64,000 bases of DNA from the NCBI RefSeq assembly GCF_009914755.1, contig NC_060925.1. One strand, given 5' to 3'. Both the position numbers and the translations under genes were made by a program. Positions 13,128 through 28,610 of this stretch are shown in pieces. A model generated the notes under the pieces. That model made no database searches. It was not told the origin of the DNA and saw nothing but the letters and a program-made list of their open reading frames with translations. The stretch is from the human T2T-CHM13v2.0 reference genome, Homo sapiens. Every line of letters starts with the position of its first letter. Position 1 is the first letter of the stretch.

Positions 13128-13358
13128 TCTTTTTTTTTCTTTTAAGACAGGGTCTTGCTCTATCACCCAGACTGGAGTGCAGCGGCGTGATCACAGCTCA
13201 CTACAGCCTTGAACTCCTGGGCTCAAGCAATCCTCCTTCCTCAGCTTACTGAGTAGCTGAGACTACAGGTGCATGCTGCTACACCTGGTTAATGCTGCTA
13301 CACCTGGTTAATGTTTTATTTTTTGTAGAGACAAGGTCTCACAATGTTGCCCAGGTTT
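13128..13358 (-). mobile_element. 5'-truncated AluJ with internal 19-bp tandem duplication
   Basis: Right arm plus part of left arm; 13-bp TSD tgcctctttagta 13115-13127 / 13359-13371. Confidence 0.9.
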
Positions 13359-14104
13359 TGCCTCTTTAGTAGATTGAGTATATATGTGCTTGTCATGAGG
13401 GCACAGTTCCCAGAAGTGGTTCCGATTGTCTCTTCTTGGTCCAGCTTGGTGGTTAAAACTGCCAAAATAATGACTAACACAGCTGAGAAAAATATTTTTG
13501 GTGCACAATTACATCAATCACTTGACCGCTGGTCTCTATTAGATTTGGGAAATATAAATCAAGCAAAAATGGACAGCTCACAAGATGAGAAGATATTAAT
13601 CAGTGAGCACCTCATGAGGAGTTATCTTCTTACCCTGGGGCCATGCTGTATACAGCAGGGACAATCTGGCCATATTCCTGCCAGTGTCCTTCACTCTCCT
13701 TGTTCCTTATCTCTGCCTCCCTTAGATGCACTCTTCTTTGCTTCCAGGTTGACTATATATTGAACTATTTCTTCCTAGATAAACTAGTTTGCATTTCCTC
13801 CCAAGATAAATCTCATTTCATTATGTGCTGTTCATATTTCTAATCTGCTAAGTCCGTTTATATTATCATTTGGCCTTGCCTGGCACTAGGTCTACTTCTC
13901 AGTTCAGTGTTGCCATGACTTCTGAGTGGCCACAGAACCAGCCACAGAGTACATTTTCTTCCATTATGGGAACATGATGGAGAGAAGAGGAAGAAAAAGT
14001 TAACGCGATAAAAAAATATCCATCTCTCTACTTAGTAAACAGATATAGGCTGTGGTTTTGCACAATATTTGCAGCAAAGAACTAGCCATAAAAAGAGTAA
14101 TAAT

Positions 14105-14290
14105 AAATAGCAAATAGCACAATTCTGAGTGTTTATGCTTGTTAACTTTTTCAATTCTTGCAATCACTTTGTGAGGTAGGTACTATTATTATTTCTACTT
14201 CCTTATTTTCAGATAAGGAAACTGGAAGCACAGAGAGGTTAAGTAGTGCTCCCAAGCTAACGCAACTAGCAAATGGCAGAGACTGGATCC
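14105..14290 (-). mobile_element. MIR SINE
   Basis: cagataaggaaactggaagcacagagaggttaagtagtgctcccaag. Confidence 0.8.
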
Positions 14291-14839
14291 CATGGAGCTT
14301 ACATAGTAATTATACAGATTTTAAATTTTAGTAGCTTTAAAAATTCCCATTTTAAGCGCAAGTATCAAACACGTAGCTCACTTCAGTATATGGTTGGCAA
14401 TTATTTTCTTTCCAATATTATTTTATTTCACAACTCCAATGACCCACTTATTCCTGGGGCATCATTCCACATCACTCTTTATGCTCAGTTGATTATGTGT
14501 ACTATTTGTGTATATATACAAATATACACATAGGAAGAAAGTTTTTGTCATTGTTTATTTTACAAAAAGTGAATCACACTATATACATGATTATGTAGTT
14601 GATGTTTCTACTCATAACAACACATGGAAATCCCATCAAGGCACTTGTTCGGGCATGAATTCATGCTTTTTAGTGGCTGTATCATGTTTCATGGTATGAA
14701 TGTATTATATTAATCCAGATATCCCCACAGGTGGACAGTCACTATGTTTCTATGACTTTAATTCTAATTATTATCATGTTAGTGTAAACAATGATGCAAT
14801 AAGCATCCTTGAATTCATATTCTTATATACTGAGAATTG

Positions 14840-16320
14840 TATTTCTAAGGAAATCAATTCAGTGGTTTTAAAGATATTTACATATTTGTACAACCAACAT
14901 CACAATTAATTTTAGAATATTTGTATAACCCCACAAAGAAACTCCATACATACTAAGTCACTTCTCATTTCTCCCCAACTGTCCAGCTCCAGAAGACCAC
15001 CCACTAATCTCCTTTCTATTTCTATGGATTTGCCTATTGTGGACATTTCATATAAATGGAATCATACAATATGTGGTCTTTTGTATCTGACTTCTTTTAC
15101 TTAGCATAATGTTTTCAAGATTCATCCATGTTACAGCATGTATCAGTACTTCATTCATTTTTATGGCTGAATAATACTCAGTTGTATGAATGTGCCATAT
15201 TTTGTTTATCCATTCATTCATTAGTGGATTTTTGGCTATTTTCACCTTTTGCCCATTTTGCTTATTAGCTTCTATGAACATAACATACATGTATTTGTTT
15301 AAAGTACCTGTTTTCAATTCTCTTGGTTATATATCTAAGAGTAGAATTGCTGGGTCATACGGTAACTCTATGTTTAATTGTTTTAGAAAATACCAGACTG
15401 TTTTCCAAAGTGGCTGCACCATTTTGCATTCCCACTAGCAGTGTATGAGGGTTCTGACTTCTCCACATAATCTCCAGCATGTGTTATTATCTTTTAATTT
15501 TAATTGCATTTTATTTTTTTGAGACAGAGTCTTGCTTTGTCACCAGGCTAGAGTGCAGTGGCACGATCTTGGCTCACTGCAACCTCCAACCTTTGCCTTC
15601 TGGGTTCAAGCAATTCTCTTGCTTCAGCCTCCTGAGTAGCTGGGATTATAGGCATGTGCCACCACAACCGGCTAATTTTTGTATTTTTAGTAGAGACGGG
15701 GTTTCACCATGTTGGCCAGTCTGGTCTTGAACTCCTGACCTCAGGTGATCTGCCCACCTTGGCCTCCCAAAGTGCTGGGATTACAGGTGTGAGCTACCAT
15801 GCCCAGCCTTGTCTTTTTATTTATAGCCACCCTAGTGGGTATGAGGTGGTATCTCATTGTGGTTTTGATTTGCATTTTCCTGATGACCAACTTTTTTGAA
15901 TCATAAAATATGTTAGATTTTAAAAAATTTTTTTTTAACTCTAGATGATCATATGGCTTTTGTTCTTTATTCTGTTGATATGGTGTATTACATTAACTAA
16001 TTTTTGATTGTTAGCTAACCTAACAGTCCTGGGATAAATCCCACTTGGTCATGGTGTATAATCCTTTTTATATGTTCCTGAATTAAATTGTGTAGTATTT
16101 CGTTGAGGAGCTCTGCATCTATATTCCTAAATTATGTTAGTTTATTGTTTTCTTGTGATGTCTTTCTTTGCTTTTGGTATGAGGGAAACACTGCCTCATA
16201 AAAAGTTGGAAATATTCCCTTTTTATTATTTGGAAGAATTTATAAACAATTGGTGTTAAGTTTTTTAAATGATTGATAGAATTCACTAGTGAAACCACCT
16301 GGGCTTTTCTTTGTGGGAAG
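14840..16320 (-). mobile_element. Old L1M (L1MB-like) 3' end and ORF2 fragments; left part of the oldest host
   Basis: L1MB-type 3'UTR (tggatttgcctattgtggacatttcatataaatggaatcatacaatatgtgg); ORF 15048-15317 resembles ORF2 C-terminus; internal deletion near 15900. Confidence 0.75.
15509..15808 (-). mobile_element. AluSx-like
   Basis: full dimer, gacctcaggtgatctgccc. Confidence 0.9.
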
Positions 16321-16600
16321 TGTGATTGTTAGTACTGAGTGTCAACTTGATCCGATTGGGGGATACAAAGTATTAATCCTGGGTGTGTCTGTTTGGGTGT
16401 TGCTAAAAGAGATTAACATTTGAGTCAGTGGGCTGGGGAAGGCAGATCCAACCTTAATCTGGTGGGCACAATCTAATTAGCTTCCAGCGAATATAAAGCA
16501 GGCAGAAAAATGTGAAAAGGAGAGACGGGCCTAGCCTCCCAGTTTACGTCTTTCTCCTGTGCTGGATGCTTACTACTCCTGAATATTGGACTCCAAGTTC
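16321..16600 (+). mobile_element. MLT2A1-type (HERV-L) LTR, 5' part only
   Basis: Begins tgtgattgttagtactgagtgtcaacttga; gaatataaagcaggcagaaaaa; stops abruptly at ggactccaagttc before a T run. Confidence 0.85.
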
Positions 16601-17261
16601 TTTTTTTTTTTTTTTTATAGTTCAGTATTTCATTAAAGTGACTCAAATGAAACTGTTTTCTTCTATTGCCTGAAAGGCTATATATGAAGAAACTAGATTA
16701 TAACTTCATGCTTTATTTTTCTAACTAAAAAAATACTCTTCTTTCCTCTTCTCACAAAGGTTCAAGAGGGACCACTCTAACAGTGTGTTTTCATAAGAAG
16801 CCCCTCCAATTCCTACCATTCCCATGGTATTATAGGTTAGCTGTAACCTGAGGCCTATCATATAAAGAGGGAAAAAAGTCTAGTCCATGATAGTTTACCC
16901 AAATGAACAATCAAGAGACCTGTGCCATTTCTCATTTCAATCCAAATGTTTGGCACCATATAAACACAGACATAATCTTAGAATAGGTGACATAACTATC
17001 CCCCAAAAAACCCTTTCCAATCTCTGTTAATGAAGAGTAAATGAAAAAAATGCTTGGGCAATTTTTACTGTTTCTCTGTGTCTGACTTTTTCTGACAAAT
17101 ATTTATAATGTGCTCAGTTTTAAGACAATAACCAAAATATTGCTAATTTTGACTCAACACTATAGATATGTTTCTATGATGTAGAAATTGTTTCATTTCC
17201 TTCTTCTTGTTTAAACTTTTTATATAAACCTATTTTTAATGAATTTTTCTCTAGTTGATAC
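16601..17261 (-). other. Probable L1 3'-transduced segment with its own poly(A)
   Basis: Non-repeat AT-rich sequence between a clean T17 (16601-16617) and the degraded L1 tail at ~17262-17283; AATGAA on the minus strand 12 nt before the tail. Confidence 0.75.
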
Positions 17262-20884
<3,623 letters not shown>

Positions 20885-21865
20885 TAATTTCAACCTACTT
20901 GCAACTTTGAATCCAAAGAGTGTGTTTTGTAGAAAGTATATAGCTGGATTGTTTTGACAATCTCTGCCTTTTGATAGGATTGTTTAATTCATCATCTTTA
21001 GTCAATTAATTATTGATATACTTAGATTTATATCTGCCATTTTACTTTTTGTTTTCTATATCTCATGGTTTGGGTCTCGGTTCCTCTTTTACTGCTTTTT
21101 CTTTTTACAATAAGTGAATATTTTCTAGTGCAACATTTAAATTATTTTCATAATTATTTCACTATAGTCTTTGAGGGTTTTTTCAGTGGTTGCTCTAGGG
21201 CTTACAGTATACATGTTAATTTATGAGAATCTACTTCTGATTCATATTATTTAATTTCAGTGAGATATAGTAACATTGTTGCATAGAGTTCTGTTCTCTC
21301 TTTTCCCTTTTGATGCTATTAAATATAAATATGTTACAAACCCTTAAACATATTTTTATAATTATATACATTATATAATTTAATGTTTTTAAAGAAGTCA
21401 AGAGCAGAAAGGGGAGGAAATATATACTTATAGAGTTTGTTATTTTAACTTTCCTTTTTGCCATTTCAGACTCTTTATTTGTTCTTGTGAATTTGAATTG
21501 TCATCACATGTCATCTCCTTACTCCAGGATGGCTTTGCTACCACAATTTGTTCTATTGTTTTAAAATATATTTCTATATGTTTTAGGTCAAATAATGTAA
21601 TTACATACATATTCTTTTATGCAATTATTTTTTGAATCTGTTAAGAGAAAAGGGATACCAAATACACATTCATACTATCTTTTATAATTACATAATTACC
21701 TTTAGTAGTAGTCATTGTTTTCTTGTATAGATTCAAATTACTGTCTGGGGTCACCCGCTATCAGCCTGAAGAACTTCTTTCAGTACTTCTTGTAAAATGG
21801 GCCCGCTAGTAACACATTCTCTCAGTTTTTGTTATCTGGAACGTCTTTATTTCACCTTCATTTTT
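20885..21865 (-). mobile_element. Old L1M host: ORF2 start, inter-ORF region and ORF1 end
   Basis: Degenerate ORF2 N-terminal region (gacaatctctgccttttgatagg) and ORF1 end (cctgaagaacttctttcagtacttcttgtaa...). Confidence 0.7.
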
Positions 21866-23726
21866 TTTTTGCTTTAAACTTCATTTAAGTTTTATGTATT
21901 TGGGGGTTACAAGTTCAGAATTTTTACATGCATTTACTGAGTAGTGAGTGGTGAAGTCTGGACTTTTAGTGTAACCATCACGTGAATGTTGAACATTTAC
22001 CCAATAGGAAATTTTCAACCCTCAACCCCCTCCTACCTTCCCTCCTTTTGTGGTTTTTAATTCTATTATCCCATTCTGTGTGTCTATGTGTATCAGTTGT
22101 TTAGCTTCCACTTATATGAGAACATATGGCATTTGACTTTCTGTTTCTGAGTTATTTCAGTTAAGATAATGGCCTCCAGTTCCATTCATATTGCTGCAAA
22201 AGACATGATTTCATTGTTTTTATGGCTGAGTGGTGTTCCATGGTATATATGTAGACACACAATATTTTCTTTATCCAATCCTCCATTGATAGGCCTAATA
22301 TAATTGATTCTGTATCTTTGCTATTGTGAATAGTGCTGTGATAAACATACAAGTACAGATATCTTTTTGATGTAACAATTTCTTTCCCTTTGGGTATGTA
22401 ATCAGTAGTAGGATTACTGGATCAAATGGTAGTTCTATTTTTAGTTCTTTGAGAAATCTCCATACTATTTTTTCCACAAAGGTTGTACTAATTTACATTC
22501 CCACCAACAGTGTATAAGCATTCCCTTTTCTCTGAATCCTTGCCAACATCTGTTGTTTTTAGAGTTTTTAGTAACAGCCATTCTAACTGGCGTTAAGATG
22601 TTATTTATTTTATTGTGGTTTTAATTTGGATTTCTTTGATGACTAGTGATGTTGGGCATTTTTTATATGTTTGTTGACCACTTATATGTCTTCTTTTGAA
22701 AAATGTCTGTTCAAGTCTTTTGCCCACTTTTTAATGAGATTGTTTTTTTTCATCTTGAGCTGTTTGAGTTCCTTATAGATTCTGGATACTAGACCTTTCT
22801 TGGATGAAAAGTTTGGAAATATTTTTTCCCGTTCTGTAGGTTGTCTGTTTACTTAATTGATTGTTTCTTTTGCCGTGTAGAAAATTTTTCATTTAATTAA
22901 GTCCTGTTTGTCTATTTTTATTATTGTTGTGTTTGTTTTGAGGACTTGATCATAAATTATTTTCCTAGGCCAATATCCAGAAGAGTTTTTCATGAGTTTT
23001 ATCCTAAGATTTTTATAGTTTCAGGTGTTATGGTTAGATCTTTAATCTATCTTGAGTTAATTTTTGTATATGGTGAGAGGTACGGGTCCAATTCCATTCT
23101 GCATATGGCTATCCAATTTTCTCAGCACCGTTTATTGATAGAGTGTCCTTTCCTTAGTGCCTGTTTTTGTTGATTTTATTGAATATCAGTTGGTTTTAGA
23201 TATACAGCTTTATTTTTGGGTTCTCTATTTTTTTACACTGATCTGTGTATCCATTTTTATACTGGTGCCATGTGTTTTGGTTAGTATAGCCTTGTACTGT
23301 AATTTGAAGTCAGGTAATGTGATATCTCCAGCTTTGCTCTTTTTGCTTAGGATTGCTTTGGCTATTTGGGCTCTATTTTGGTTGTATACAAATTTTAGAA
23401 TTGTTTTTTCTAATTCTGTGGAAAATGATATTGGTAATTTGATAGGGATTGTGTTGAATCTGTAGATTGCTTTGGGCAGCATGATAATTTTATTGATTCT
23501 TCCAACTCATGATCATGGAATTAAAAAAATTGTGTCATCTATGATTTCTTTCATCATTGTATTGCAGTTTTCCTTATGGAGATCTTTCACCTCCTTGGTT
23601 AAATATATTCCTAGGTATTGAGGTTTTTTTTGTTCTTTTTTTTTTTTTTGGAGTTGTTGTAAATGGCATTGCCTTCTTGGTTTGGTTCTTGGCTAAATTG
23701 TTATTGGTATATAGAAATGCTACTGA

Positions 23727-24110
<384 letters not shown>

Positions 24111-25431
24111 TGATGGAGTCTTTAGGATATAAGCTCATATCATCAGTGAACAGGGATCGTTTGACTTGCTCTTTTCCAATTTGGATGTCTTTTTTTTTTG
24201 TTTGTTTAAATCTTCCCTGATTGCTCTGGTAAGGACTTTCAGTACTATGCTGAATAACAGTGGTGAAAGTGGGCATCCTTGTCTTGTTCCAGTTCTAAGA
24301 GGGAACGCTTTCAATTTTTCCCCATTAAGTATAATATTGGCTTTGGGATCACCATATATGGACTTTATTACATTCAAGTATGTTCTTTCTATGCCTAGTT
24401 GGTTGAGGATTTTTATCATGAAAGGATGCTGAATTCTATCAAGTGCTTTTTCTGCCATCTATTGAGATGATCACATGGTTTTTGTCCTTAGTTCTGTTTG
24501 TGTGATGTATCACATTTGTTGATTTGCATATGATGAACCATACTTGCATCCCAGAGATAAATCCCATCTGATCCTGGTGAATTATCTTTTTTACGTGTTA
24601 TTGGATTTGATTTGTAGTATTTTGTTGAGGATTTTTGCGTATATGTTCATCAGTCATATTGGTCTGTAGTATGCTTTTTCTTGTGTCTCTGTCTAGTTTT
24701 GATAACAGTGTGATACTGGCCTCATAGAATGAGTTAGGGAGAATTCCCTCCTCAATTTTTTGGAATAGTTTCAGTATAATTGTCATTATTTCTTCTTTGA
24801 ATGTTTGGTGGAATTCTGCAGAGAATCTCTCTGGTCCTGGACTTTTCTTTGTTGGGAGATTTTTTAAAATTACATATTCAATCTCTGCACTCATTATTGG
24901 TCTATTCAAGAGTTCTATTTCTTCCTGGATTATTCTCAGGAGGTTGTGTGTTTCTAGGAATTTGTCCATTTCCTCTAGGTTTTCTAGTTTGTGAGGGTAT
25001 GGTTGTTTATAATCATCTCTGATGATCTTTTCTTTTCTGTGGTATTAGTTATAATGTCTCCTTTTTCTTGCAATTATGTTTATTTGAATCTTTTTCTGTT
25101 TAGAATAGCTAGTGGTTTATCAGTTGTGGTTATCTTTTCAAGAACAAACCTTTCATTTTGTTGATCATTTTTATTACTTTTTTGTCTTTATTTCATTTAG
25201 TTCTGCTCTGATCTTTGTTATTTCTTTTCTTCTGCTAACTTTGGGCTTGGTTTTCTAGATCCTTGAAGTGTAACATTAGGTTGTTAGTTTGTGATCTTAC
25301 TAATTTTTTGATGTAAGTATTTAATGCTATAAAATTCCCTCTTAGCACTACTTTTGCCATATCCCACAGGTTTTGGTATGCTGTACTTTCATTTTCATTA
25401 GTTTCAAATTTTTTTAAATTTCCATCTTAAT

Positions 25432-25665
25432 AACGTAATTGCACATTTAAAAATAACTAGAAGAATGTAATTGGATTGTTTGTAATACAAAGGATAAATG
25501 CTTGAGGGGAAGAATGCCCCATTATTCATGATGTGATTATTAGGCATTGTGTGCCTATATCAAAATATCTCATGTGCCCCATAAATATATACACCTACTC
25601 TGTACCACAAAAATAAAAAATAAAAATAAATACTAAATAAAATAGACATTAAAGACATTTAAAAA
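25432..25665 (+). mobile_element. L1MA-type 3'-terminal fragment, antiparallel to its host
   Basis: aattgcacatttaaaaataactagaagaatgtaattggattgtttgtaa...atctcatgtgccccataaatatatacacctac plus A-rich tail. Confidence 0.8.
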
Positions 25666-28472
25666 ATGGATCATTTAATACACTTACATTTAAGGTTAAT
25701 ATTGATATGTGAAGATTTGCTTCTGTTATATTGATGTAGTTTTTACAAGTTTTTGTTTCTTTTTTCTCTTCCTCTTTGTCTTTGTGGTTTGATGAAATTT
25801 TTTTGTGTTGCCATTTGATTCCTTTCTCTTTCTCCTTTGTGTGATTGTTTTATACAAATGTGATTTTATATTTCTGTGTTTTTGTGATGGTGAATATCAA
25901 CTTTTTTTCTTCATGTTTAAGACTCCTTTCAGCATTTCCTATAGGTCTAATCTAGTGGTGACAAATTCCTTCAGCATTTGCTTGTCTGTGAATGACTTAT
26001 TTCTCCTTCATTTATAAAACTTATTCTGGCAGGATACAAAATTCTTGGCTGACAGTTATTTTTTTCCCCAGCACTTTAAAAATGCCATTCCATTCTCTTC
26101 TGGCCTGTAATGTTTCTGCTGAAAACTATACTGTTAATCTGATGAAGTTTCCTTTATAGATGACAAGACGCTCCTCTCTTGATAATTTTAAAATTCTTTC
26201 TTGACTTTAGACATTCTGAATATAATATGCTGTGATGAAGTCCTTTTTACAATGTATTTTCCTGGGGGTCATTGGGCCTCCTATATCTAGATGTTTATCT
26301 TGATAGACTTGGAAAATTTTTATCAATTATTTTATCAAATATTTTTTTCTAAACTTTTTGCTTTCTCTTCCCCCTTGGAAATATTGATCATTTGTAAGTT
26401 TAGTTGCTTTGCGTAGTCCCAGATGTCTCAGAAGTTTTGTTCATTCTTTTTTATTCTTATTTTTGTACAAGAGTATATTGAAAGACCAGTCTTTAAGTTC
26501 TGAGATTCTTTATTCTGCTTGGTCTAGTCTATTATGGAAGCTTTCAAATGTATTTTGTATTTCCTTCAATTAATTTTTTAATTTTAGAATTTGTTTCTTT
26601 TATTTTTGAAGATATCTCCTTGATAAATATCTCATTCATATTCTGAATTGGTTTTCAGATTTCTTTGCATTGTTTTTCAGATTTCTCTTGCATCTCATTG
26701 GTCTTCTTTAAAATCAATATTTTGAATTCTCTTTCTGGCATTTCAAGGAATACTTTTGTGATTGGCATCTGTTGCTGGACAATTGTTTTAGTCCTATGGT
26801 GATGTCACATTTCTCTGCTTTTCCATGTTTCCTGTGTCCTTCCATTGATATCTGTGCATCTGGTGTAGCAGTCACTTGTTCCAATTTTGGGGGGTTTTGG
26901 GTGGTCCTTTTGTTTTAACGTTATTTTAGGTTCACACATGTGCAGGTTTGTTATATAGGTAAATTGTGTATCATGGGGGTTTGGCATACAGATTGTTTTA
27001 TCACCCAAGTAAGAAGCATAGTACCTGATAGGTAATTTTTCAGTCCTCATCTCCTCCCACCTTCTGCCTTCAAGTAGGCCCTGGTGTCTGTTGTTTTCTT
27101 CTTTGTGTCCATTTGTACTCAATGTTTAGCTTCCACTTATAAGTGAGAACATGTGGTATCTTGTTTTTTGTTCCTGTTTTCTTTTGGTTAGGATAATGGC
27201 CTCCAGCTCCATCTATGATGCTGCAAAGGATCATGATCTCATTCTTTTTTGTGGCTGCATTTGTGGCTGCATAATATTCCATAGTGTGTATGTACTGCAT
27301 TTTCTTTATCCAGTGTACTGTTGATGGGCATCCAGGTTGAATCCATGTTTTTGCTATTGTGAATAGTGCTGTGATGTACATACACATGCATGTGTCTTTA
27401 TAGTAGAATGATTCGTATTCCTTTGGGTATATACCCATTGATGTAATTGCTGGGTTGAATGGTAATTCTGCTTTGAGTTCTTTGAGAAATTATGAAACTG
27501 CTTTTCACAGTGGCTGAACTAATTTACATACCCACCAGCAGTGTATAAGTGTTCCCTTTGCTTTACAGCCTGTCTAGTATTTGCTATTTTTTGACTTTTT
27601 AGTAATAGCCATTCTGAAATGGCATCTCATAATGGTTTTCATTTGCATTTCTCTGATGATTAGTGATGTTGAGCATTTTTTCATATACTTGGTGGCCATA
27701 TGCATGTCTTCTTTTGAAAAGTGTCTGTTCACATACTTTGTCTACTTTTTAAAAGGGTTGTTTGTTTTCTTGTAAATTTGTTTAAGTTCCTTATAGATTC
27801 TGGATATTAGACCTTTGTTAGGGCATAGTTTGCAAATATTTTCTCCCATTCTGTAGGATGTCTGTTTACTCTATTAATTGTTTATTTTGCTGTGCAGAAG
27901 ATATTTAGTTTAATTAGGTCCCATTTGCCAATTTTTGTTTTTGTTTCCATTGTTTTTGGAGTCTTTCTCATAAAATCTTTGCCAGGGCCTATGTCCAGGA
28001 TGGTATTTCCTAGGTTGTTTCCAGGATTTTTATCATTTTAGGCTTTACATTTAAGTTTTAATACACATTGAGTTGGCTTTTGTACATGGTGTAAGGAAGA
28101 AGTCCAGTTTCAATCTTCTATATATCACTAACCAATTACCCCAGGACCATTTATTGAATAGGAAGTCCTTTCCCCATTGCTTGTTTTTGTCAACATTGCT
28201 GAAGATCAGATGGTTGTAGGTGTAGGGCCTTATTTCTGGGCTGTCTATTCTGTTCCATTGGTCTCTATGTCTGTTTTTGTACCAGTACCATGCTGTTTTG
28301 GTTACTCTAGCCCTGTCGTATAGTTTGAACTTGGATAATGTGATGCCTCCAGCTTTGTTCTTTTTGCTTAGGATTGTCGTGGCTATTCAGGCTCTTTTTT
28401 CATTCCATATGAATTTTAAAATAGTGTTTTCTAATTCTGTGAAGAATGTCATTGGTAGTTTGATAGGAATAG

Positions 28473-28610
28473 AATCATTAGATGAGGAGATGGGTATCCC
28501 ATTCTTCATGCTGTGATTATTTTACCTTGCATGTTTGTATCAAAATATCTCATGTACCTAATAAGTATATACACCTGCTATGTATACACAAAAATTAAAA
28601 AAATTAAAAA
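28473..28610 (+). mobile_element. Short L1MA 3' fragment with 11-bp TSD
   Basis: TSD gataggaatag 28462-28472 / 28611-28621; A-rich tail. Confidence 0.85.

Noticed and set aside
13344-13763. 139-aa plus-strand ORF
   Set aside because: Starts inside an Alu, no recognisable domain or exon structure
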